A stretch of 64,000 nt of DNA from Saprolegnia diclina VS20 (Eukaryota). Positions within the stretch are counted from its first letter, which is position 1. Every line of letters starts with the position of its first letter. Under the pieces are notes generated by a model. That model was not told the DNA's origin. It saw only the letters and a list, made by a program, of their open reading frames with translations, and ran no database searches. A program made the translations under genes and the position numbers. The DNA lies in the NCBI RefSeq assembly GCF_000281045.1, contig NW_008246068.1, positions 746,371 through 810,370 of the forward strand, given 5' to 3'. Positions 55,086-64,000 of the stretch are shown here, in pieces.

Positions 55086-55145
55086 GCAAATGCGTGAGAC
55101 CCTCTATCAGTAACTCTATCATGAATGGTCAAATTGTCTATGCAT
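52286..55145 (+). repeat. Left arm of a ~2.85-kb inverted duplication
   Basis: Near-identical to the reverse complement of 59074-61913, from agtaccagcctccatcgg to ...tgtctatgcat in the 3' flank. Confidence 0.93.
53815..54588. other. Assembly gap inside copy A
   Basis: Run of N between ...GYLDT and YATTPETT... Confidence 1.
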
Positions 55146-55741
55146 AACTCGTACGCGGAACTTTGAATCCATTGGATCAGAAACGGTTATGGTACCTTAC
55201 CCGCGGCCACAAGCATAGGTCGAGTACAGAAGAGCAGGACGAGCCTCCGCGCCGCCGCCTGCGCAGCCACGGCCCGGCGAGTGAATGAAGAATGAGAAAT
55301 TGCCAGTCCCTGGTATCGAAGTGTTTGCAATAACGAAGATAACGCGAAATACGTTCATATATGTATGGTTCAAGGTATGATGTTGACGAATCACCCTGAC
55401 CCTCGTCAGGTCCTCGAATTGGCCACCACATTTGAAATCTCGTCTAGTGTCCTACTATAGTGTCGTCGTTGTTGAAATGCGTCTTACGAATTTTATGGAT
55501 TAACTATCCAAGTGTAGTGCAAGGTGGTACTCTGCGTTCAGACAGACGGTCAAGGAGCTGCAGTTAGGCTCAAGCACGATCATGTAGCTTGAACGATTGA
55601 TAAGTAGAAAGTGTCGCGGGTTCGACCCATGGCAATGTGCGCTGGCGGCCATCGACGAATGCCTGGTGTACGTGGCGACCGCCGCGCCGCCTTTTCTGAA
55701 ACCGCGCTGCCTATGTGGCCGTCCGTTTCACTCTGGTTAGC

Positions 55742-58700
55742 ATGTCCTTTCTACGGTGCATCGCCATGGCCATGTGCTGGCTGCTGGCCCTCCTCGCTAC
55801 CACATCAGCGCAGAATGCTCCGACTCAAGCCAACGAGTTCATTGTACGCTGTCAGAGCTATCTGTGTGGTCTTGTTATGACGGTTGCGCTCTATAGTATG
55901 GCAAGGTGCGGACCGATGGCATCGAGTATGCCTCCTTTGACGGTGCGTGCTTTGTGTCAACGGTCTCGAATTCAAAGGTGTGCCTCGATCTAGTGCGCCC
56001 CGGCACAGCGCAGGTCGTGCTGACGTTTGCGCGCAGTGACCTCCACGGTCGCGTGCCCCCCGTGCTCTTGCTCAAGCACGGTGGTCTCCCGACAACCACG
56101 GATTACGACGTTCGCTTCAATGGCACGTCCGAGTCGTACTGGCTCACGCAGACGATCCCCGACCTTCGGGTACGTCCACACATACGATGGAAATATGTTT
56201 ACATTCGAGGTAGCTCGGTCGCTATTTTATTGCTGTCTGGGGGGGCGCCCTTGAGAGCTCGATCATGGACTTTGGCATCGGGCCGACTATCAATGTATGG
56301 TACCACATGGTTCTGCAATTCCAAGGGTGTCTCGACACGACCCACCTCGGTACGAGAGCCTAGCTCTTTGGCAGATACTATGTACCAAGTTGTTTAGGGT
56401 CCGAGTGCGCCTATTTTGCGTGGCCCCTCGTGGCGTTTGCGCCAGAGGAGACAAGCACTGTCGTCAACGCCGCGCAAGCTGCGAGCAGTGCCATGCCAAG
56501 TGCCTCTGGGTGCTTTGACCCGAATCAGTTTATCGCGTTGTATGCTCTCGCACTCTCGCCCGAGGCATCGTTCGCCATTGACGTACGATCGAAACCAGCT
56601 GTTTTGGAACATATGCGTTGACATAGATATCACTCTCCAAGGCCCCGGGGACTCCCCAGTCATTCTTCTACGCACTCTACCACGACCGTGCCAACCCGTT
56701 GGACGCGTCCACGGCTGCATTTATGAGCGGCCAAGGCGCCCTCGGACGCCGCACCTACCGCATGAACGTTCTCTCGCCCCCCGAAGGGTTGAACCATCAC
56801 TAAAAACTGGTATGTCATCAACGTGATAGGGTGTGGTACCTATTACTTTACCTCGACACCCCCGACATGACACTGTGCTCCAACTCTCGGGGCACCAAGT
56901 TCAACGTCACGTACACAGTCCAGGTATCGCTTATGCAAGGACAGGCCTTCGACAACATACCATTTCGTGAGAAGGGCTGTAGTGCTTCCTTGACGACAGT
57001 GAACGACTGCAACACTGACTGGATCCAGCTCGACGAAATCATTTTCAACCCTACGCGGTCCCTCAGCGTTGTCGACCGATGGTACATGGCAAGCAACCCT
57101 ATGGTCAACGTGTCAGTCACGACGTCGACCTACGGCTTGGTACGCGCACGCACTCCTGACGCACCTTCGAAATAGTGTATATCTAGGGCTACACCATGCA
57201 ACTCATACCTGATATGGCGGGAACGAACCTCGGTTTTCACGTGATTGTGCCGGCAGCCTTCCCCGTCGCGTCGCTTGTCATGCTCATCGGCATCGACGAG
57301 TACCCGTCCGAGGCGCGCTACGCCTATCGCTTGGATGGCGCGCGAGCAGCTGTGACAAGCGGGGTGTCATCGAGTGTCAGCAGCGCGTTCACGAGCCAGA
57401 GCACTCTAGTACAAGATGAGGTAGCGGCAGTCCATTTGAATGGATCGGCTGTCACGCTCTCGTGGCCGCCCCTGCGCTTCCCACCTATCGGAACGTGGTA
57501 CATTGCGGTCCAAACCACACAGTCAACGTACGGAGAAGAACTGATTTACTGGTGGTAGAAGTCTATGCCTAGATCGTGGATACAAGGTCTCGTGATCCAA
57601 GCCCAAGGCTGCAGTGACAATATGTGCGGGGACTCTGGCTATTGCGTGGCCAAGGCGACGTACCAGGGCCTCGCGTACTCGCGCTGTGTCTGCGAGTACG
57701 GTCATGCTGGGCCGTTCTGCGATCAAGTTGTCATCATTGAAGAGCAGTGGCACGGCTGGTTCCTCGTCATCACCAACGTTGCCATCGTCCCGACGACCGT
57801 TGCTGCGATTCGGCGCCACCTTCACGGTACACTGCGTATAAGAATTGTAGCCTGGGTGAGAACTGTGTGCTGTAGTGGAAGCGGTGCTGTTCGGGTCACT
57901 TGGTATCGCGTCCAGTCTGTACCACGCGTGCGACCTCAACTGGTTTTGCGCCCTGCCCTTTTCAACGTTAATGGTACACTCCCAACTCTTTAGCGTTTGG
58001 CATCAAAGTGCCGCGTAGAGCCTCGACTTTGGCCTCTCGTTCAACAGCATTTTACTGTGCGTCTTTCACCTCTCTGGCGTGAGCTCCCGCGCCAAGGTCT
58101 ATTTGTATCCTAGCTTCCCAAGCTCATGAGTAATCGTTCTGCTTAGGCAATGGCGCAAGTGGTCGGTATTGTCATGCTAATTGTCCTCCTCGCCATCAAC
58201 CCCACCGCGTCCATCAACCTCGTATTTGTCGGCTGCCTTGGTGCTGGTCAGCTCCTTGTCGCGTGGACGGGCTATGTACGTTCGAAAATTTGTACATTCA
58301 TGGCTCATCCACGACAACTCTAGTTTGTAATTGCAGCCTACCGAACGCGCTGGCGCGTCTCGTTCTACACGTAAGAACAAGCTGCATGCGAAATCTCAAA
58401 TCTTGCACAGAATCGGCAAGCTCTTTGTCTTCCACAGCGACAACTTTAATCTCAAGATGGTCGGTCTCGGACTCATTCTCTGGCTCGGCGCATTGCTCTG
58501 CTGGTTCTTCAATTCATCGCCGTCCTACTGGCTGGTACATCGACCATAACATCTGGGTCGCATTGACTCTAGTACGTAGCTTCACTCGCTCTGGCATCTA
58601 TTTGCCATGTCGGCGGCCGGTGCCTTTATCGTCGCCAAACGGGCCGATACATATCGCATCATTGACAGCAACGGCGCCGACCTTTTGCGCGCGCTGCCGG

Positions 58701-58807
58701 AAGCCAAGTCGTCGATGCGCAACGTGCTGGTCGCACCATTGCCCACAGTACAATTCGAGTCGCTCAAGGAAACCAGCGGGTCTTCTGTCGTCGTCGTTGA
58801 CCCGTAG
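55742..58807 (+). CDS. TMEM8/PGAP6-like protein: signal peptide, large ectodomain, EGF-like domain, multi-TM CREST-type domain; many introns
   Basis: EGF-like CSDNMCGDSGYC...YSRCVCEYGHAGPFCD; LVITNVAIVP, EAVLF, ASSLYHACD...FCALPFSTL, SLDF, HSLWHL motifs in successive exons. Start codon uncertain (55742 or 55766). Confidence 0.82.
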
Positions 58808-59073
58808 CGTACCATCTTTATAAAAACTCTTTCGTCATCAAAGGGGCTTCTGAACTGCAAGCATTTAGCTCAGGAAGTGGCTGTAGCGACGATGGGACCT
58901 TGGGCAATATCAATGGTCCTGGCACGAGTCGATTCACACATCAAGCACCCATGTTGACAAGAGGAGGTCCTATCTCCTTCTACTAGTAGATTACTATCAT
59001 ATGGGATTCAGGGACTTCAAATCTTTTTAGACTTTAGAAGAAAGCGTCTTGGTCTACCGTCAGGAACGTTTGG

Positions 59074-61913
59074 ATGCATAGACAAATTAACCATTCATGA
59101 TAGAGTTACTGATAGAGGGGCTCACGCAATTGCTTAGACAAGGCGGTACCCCTTCGCATCGTCGCGCACGTTGCGGGCCTGAAGCACCACTTGGGCGACC
59201 GCGACGACAACAATGCCGGCGACAAAGCCCAGCGAAGACAACAACGCCAACCACGACCAGACCAACCAAAAGAGCGCCCGCGAGTACTGGTTGTACGTGG
59301 CGTAGCTGGACGGGCGCTGGTAGCTGGACGGGCGGTACCCGCTGTAGCCGTCGGAGGGCTGCGCGACATAGTCGTACCCGATCGCCGTGTACGTCGGCTC
59401 GGGAATGTCCATGCACTGCGAGAGCTGCGCGAGGACGCACGACTGCGGAAAGCACTTGGTGCTCACGATCGGCACGACCGTCGCAATGTCCCAGCTGACG
59501 CGGAGCGAGTCGCACACATCGACATACGCCGGACTCGCCGCCATGTAGCTCGAGTACTGGCGGTGGTTGGAGTAGACGTTGTCGACGTTCTGGTAGACGG
59601 GCGCCGTCGTCTCGGGCGTCGTGGCGTAGTNNNNNNNNNNNNNNNNNNNNNNNNNNNNNNNNNNNNNNNNNNNNNNNNNNNNNNNNNNNNNNNNNNNNNN
59701 NNNNNNNNNNNNNNNNNNNNNNNNNNNNNNNNNNNNNNNNNNNNNNNNNNNNNNNNNNNNNNNNNNNNNNNNNNNNNNNNNNNNNNNNNNNNNNNNNNNN
59801 NNNNNNNNNNNNNNNNNNNNNNNNNNNNNNNNNNNNNNNNNNNNNNNNNNNNNNNNNNNNNNNNNNNNNNNNNNNNNNNNNNNNNNNNNNNNNNNNNNNN
59901 NNNNNNNNNNNNNNNNNNNNNNNNNNNNNNNNNNNNNNNNNNNNNNNNNNNNNNNNNNNNNNNNNNNNNNNNNNNNNNNNNNNNNNNNNNNNNNNNNNNN
60001 NNNNNNNNNNNNNNNNNNNNNNNNNNNNNNNNNNNNNNNNNNNNNNNNNNNNNNNNNNNNNNNNNNNNNNNNNNNNNNNNNNNNNNNNNNNNNNNNNNNN
60101 NNNNNNNNNNNNNNNNNNNNNNNNNNNNNNNNNNNNNNNNNNNNNNNNNNNNNNNNNNNNNNNNNNNNNNNNNNNNNNNNNNNNNNNNNNNNNNNNNNNN
60201 NNNNNNNNNNNNNNNNNNNNNNNNNNNNNNNNNNNNNNNNNNNNNNNNNNNNNNNNNNNNNNNNNNNNNNNNNNNNNNNNNNNNNNNNNNNNNNNNNNNN
60301 NNNNNNNNNNNNNNNNNNNNNNNNNNNNNNNNNNNNNNNNNNNNNNNNNNNNNNNNNNNNNNNNNNNNNNNNNNNNNNNNNNNNCGTGTCGAGGTACCCC
60401 GTGAAGCCATACACAGCCTCGTGGTCGGCGCCGCACGCCAATGGCTTCAAGGCTGCGTCGACCTTGTTTGTGATCTTGGCATTGCAGTCTTCACCGCCCC
60501 AGTTGCAGTTTTTGCCGTCGGTCGCCATGCACTCGACGTCGCCGTCGTCGTTGATGCGCATCGGACTTGAGAAACCGGGCACGCACGTCCAGTCCGTGCC
60601 CTTGCCTTCGACAAAGTCCTTCTTCGTATCCGCAAAGAACTGCGTGCACTTGTCGTACAAGTTGACCTTGGCCGTGCCCTCGTCCGGGGAGTCGCCATAG
60701 ACCGTCTCGCCGTACGCGTGCGTGTTGTATGCGTCTTGCTCGGTCTTGGCAAAGTGGAAGAGCACCGTGCTGATGTCAGTACCGTCTTTCGCGTCCAACT
60801 GGTACTCGGGCAGCGTCACGGCGCAGACGTCGACCGACGTCACTTGGTTTGTAAAATCATACTCGGTGTTGACCGTCTCGACGAACTGCGTCGACTGCTC
60901 CATGACGCTGAGGAGGACGTCGGTGATCGCCTTGTCGATGCCACGCTCGTTCGAGACACCGAATCGGTGCTGCATCGACGACACGACGCTGTTGAACGCC
61001 AGCTGGCCATACGTCTTGAGGAACTGCGCAAGGTTCCACCCGTCCGCGGTCTCGAGACCCCACTCGCACTTGCCGTTGTTGAGCGCCTTGTCGAGGCACA
61101 CGAGGTCGCGCTTGGGTAGCACGGACGACGTCGCACACCCGTCGAGGTAGCTCAGGAACCCCTTGATGACGCAGTCGGCGTGGTTGCGCGTGCTCGCGAG
61201 CGCCAGTTTGATGGTCGTGAACGACCACTGGTCAAACTGAGGGGTGACGTCCAGCGCCGTGTTGACGTCGCGGAGCAGCTTGTTGTACACGAGGAGCGAG
61301 TCGGCCAGCGCCGCGTCCGTGCACGTGTCCGCCGAGCACTTGACGTAGCCGTTGTCGTACGACTTGGTCGTTGTCGTCTCCAAGTCGGAGCAGAGACCCG
61401 TGATGAACGACGACGTGCACTGCTTGATGCGCGCCGCACTCATGCAGTCGGCGCGCGACGCCGACGAGATGATGCAGCTCTCGAGCGCGTTCTCGGCCTT
61501 GCAGATCTTGAGGTTGTCGTAGAACCGGTGGAAGCGGTCTTCGTCCGAGATCGGCGCCAGGTCGTAGTCGCCATAGCCGTTGTTGTTGCCGTAGCCGTTG
61601 TTGTTGCCATAGCCGTTGTCCTTGCCGTAACCAGTGCTCGGCTGCTTGTTATAACCTTGGCTAGGCTGCTTGTAGCGGTTGTCATAGCCGTAGCCAGCGT
61701 CGGGCTGCTTCTTGTATCCAGTAGCGGGCTTGTTGTAGGCGCCGTTGTAGCCGCCGTCGTAGCCGCCGTCGTAGCCGCCGTCGTAGCCGTCGTTATCGCC
61801 GTAGCTGGGCTTTGCGTAGCCGCCTTTGTTCCCGTAGCTGGGCTGCTTGCCGTATCCAGCTTGGTTGTTGGCGGGCTGATTCTTGTACGCAGGCTCCGAT
61901 GGAGGCTGGTACT
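59074..61913 (-). repeat. Right arm of the inverted duplication
   Basis: Reverse complement of 52286-55145 with scattered, mostly synonymous substitutions. Confidence 0.93.
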
Positions 61914-62335
61914 GACCGTAAGTGGCGTCTTCTTCAGCGGAGAGCAGCGTGGCTGCAACGATGACTGCCGTATCTACAGAAGTCTCGCTGACCTGGGGCT
62001 CAGACGCGCCAACCGCCTTGTAGTCAGCCGGAGCGTCGTCGGGCTTCACAACCGGGGCGCTGTAGGACTCGTCCTTGGCCGGCGCACCAGCATTCGGCTT
62101 CGGCTCGGCCGGGGCACCATAGGACTCGACCTTGGCCGGAGCATAAGCATCTGGCTTTTGCTCGGCCGGCTTGGGCTCGGCTGGCTTGTACTTGGGCTCA
62201 GCTGGCTTGGGCTTGTGCTCAGCCGGCTTGTACTTGGGTTCAGCTGGCTTCGGCTTGTGCTCGGCCGGCTTGTACTTGGGCTCGGCTGGCTTTTGCTCGT
62301 GCTCGGCTGGCTTGTGCTCGTGCTCGGCTGGCTCA

Positions 62336-62386
<51 letters not shown>

Positions 62387-62625
62387 GGCTTCGGCTTGTC
62401 GGCGTATCCTTTTGGCTTGATGTCTTTTTGCTTGGGCTTCGTCGTCGCCGCGTAGCCGCCCGAGACCTTTGGCGCCTCGTCGTGCGCGACGTTTGAGTAG
62501 GTTCCACTGGTGGCGGGCTTGGTGTCTTCCTGGGGCTTGTTGTAGACACCAGCGGCGACCGCGGGGGCTGTCTCCAGCTGCTCAGCAGCAGCCAAGGCAG
62601 CCAAGAAGAGTAGAGCGACCTTCAT
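59134..62625 (-). CDS. Surface protein copy B with an extended, unrelated repeat-rich N-terminus (interrupted by a gap)
   Basis: Signal MKVALLFLAALAAA; (EH)n and PAE(P/H)K(Y/P)K repeats; near-identical to copy A from YQPPSEPAYKN onward. Confidence 0.87.
59631..60384. other. Assembly gap inside copy B
   Basis: Run of N at the position homologous to the copy A gap. Confidence 1.
62155..62400 (-). repeat. Coding tandem repeats: (GAGCAC)n = (EH)8 and 21-nt heptapeptide units
   Basis: EHEHEHEHEHEHEHEHE followed by PAEHEHK PAEHEQK PAEPKYK PAEHKPK PAEPKYK PAEHKPK PAEPKYK. Confidence 0.9.
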
Positions 62626-63135
62626 CGAGTGGAAGGGCCAATTGAGAACTGAGATCCTTCCCGCGCTCCAAAACTGAAAAGTCGCGGCGGTTTCACAAAC
62701 TTTCGCAGCCAATCACACGGCAGATGGAAAAACTTTGTAGCCAATCACCGCCGAGTTGGTTTCGCCGAAGATTAGCTCAACGGTCGCAGGTTTCCGTCTC
62801 GCCCAACGAATTGCTCCGTGAGGTGTCGTATTGCTTGAGCCAAGAGTCGTTTATTAAGATGCTTGCTTCAACGAGGAAGAGCACCAACAAGTACTAGGAC
62901 GCGGTTAAGTGCAGTGGCCACCTCACCAGTCGAAGCGTCGTGTTTCAAACATGTTTTATACATGTTTTAAACACCGGTTTCCTGCGGTTGTGACCGATTT
63001 GGAGGGTCCGGGTACCTTATTTTAACGAGCCCTTGATATTCTACTTGTTTTATGTATAGTGAGGTCGTGCAATAAAATAGAGGGACCCCCGCTACGCGTG
63101 AACGCCATGGAAGGTGCAGTCCTGTAGCAACGAAA

Positions 63136-64000
63136 ATGGTGTGGAGGTCGTCGTACCTGCTAGAGCGGGCCAAGGCGCCGGCACCCACCGACGTCGGCGC
63201 GGGTCCGTCCAAGGCGACGCCGAGCAACGTGCGCAAGCTGCTGCGGCTGCTCTGGCAGGAGTGGCCGACGCTCTGTGCGGGTATCGCGGGCTTGTCGGTC
63301 TCGTCGCTGACCAATCTGCTCTTCCCCAAGGTGCTGGGCACGGCGCTGGACGTGGCGTGCGGTCGTCCAGCCCCGCGCAACATGTCGACCAAGGCCTTTC
63401 TCCTCAGCGTGCTCTCGATCTTCCTCACGGGCGCGTCGGCGTCGTTCGTGCGTGTCTACTGCCTCGGGTCGGTCGCCGAGACCACGACCAAGCGGCTCCG
63501 CGATCGCTTGTACAAAGCGCTCCTGCGCCAAGACCTCCTCTTCTTCTCGAGCGCCGAGCGCACCGAGCTCGTGCACCGCCTGACAAAGGAGTGCCAGGTC
63601 GCGGCCGACTCGGCGGTCTCGCTCCTCGCCGAAGGCTACCGGTCGCTCAACTCGTCCATTGGCGCATCGGTCATGCTCTTCCGCCTCTCGCCCAAGCTCA
63701 CGCTTGTCGCTCTCGCGACGTTGCCGTGCCTCGGTATCTCGGCCATGAGCTTCAAGCTCTTTATGAACCGCCTCAGCAAGCAGTACGAGGCGGCCCTCGC
63801 GTCGCTGCGCGCGTCGACAGACGAGAAGCTCGCCGGCATTGCAGCCGTCAAGCTCTCCACGCAAGAAGACGCCGAGCGCACCCGCTTCGAGGCCGAGACA
63901 GCGCTCGTTGCGGCCACCGCGCGCAAGTACCACGCCGCTGAAGGCTTCTTCATGGGTGGCCTCTCACTCTCGGTGAACGCGTCGCTCTCGAGCGTGCTCT
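63136..64000 (+). CDS. ABC transporter B-family (ABCB10/MDL-like) transmembrane domain, runs off the window
   Basis: Open frame from ATG 63136: ...LLRLLWQEWPTLCAGIAGLSVSSLTNLLFPKVLG...FVRVYCLGSVAETTTKRLRDRLYKALLRQDLLFF...ELVHRL...MLFRLSPKLTLV. Confidence 0.85.
   Translation, partial: MVWRSSYLLERAKAPAPTDVGAGPSKATPSNVRKLLRLLWQEWPTLCAGIAGLSVSSLTNLLFPKVLGTALDVACGRPAPRNMSTKAFLLSVLSIFLTGASASFVRVYCLGSVAETTTKRLRDRLYKALLRQDLLFFSSAERTELVHRLTKECQVAADSAVSLLAEGYRSLNSSIGASVMLFRLSPKLTLVALATLPCLGISAMSFKLFMNRLSKQYEAALASLRASTDEKLAGIAAVKLSTQEDAERTRFEAETALVAATARKYHAAEGFFMGGLSLSVNASLSSVL

Overview
This is a gene-dense, GC-rich eukaryotic scaffold segment with very short GT-AG introns (38-59 nt where I resolved them), CCAAT boxes and three N-gaps. 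Gene content and style (papain-ricin protease, expansin, multi-PDZ proteins, flagellar genes) point to an oomycete, most likely Saprolegniales; this is inference. About 30 protein-coding genes can be supported. In order: dynein light chain, ANK-FN3 protein, MYND protein with a frameshift, C1A protease-ricin, two tandem uridine phosphorylases, KEA/TMCO3 antiporter, ESF2, prolyl 4-hydroxylase, ATRX/ARIP4-like SNF2 helicase, RAB21, WDR75/UTP17, GrxB, GT8, a secreted repeat protein, CLPTM1, DRC10/IQCD, a PH-MIT protein, expansin-CBM2-TM, two PDZ proteins, a multi-exon gene missed by the ORF track, a cNMP-dependent kinase, ASNSD1, MFS, a TMEM8/PGAP6-like gene enclosed by an inverted duplication of a surface-protein gene, and a partial ABCB transporter. 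The best candidate for a little-described system is the membrane-anchored prolyl 4-hydroxylase. After splicing it carries an N-terminal DCX/KHA-like domain and a C-terminal von Hippel-Lindau (VHL) beta-domain-like module that retains most hydroxyproline-binding residues, i.e. a possible writer-reader fusion. No tRNA, rRNA, CRISPR array or intact transposase was found. Domain calls are by eye; no database searches were run.
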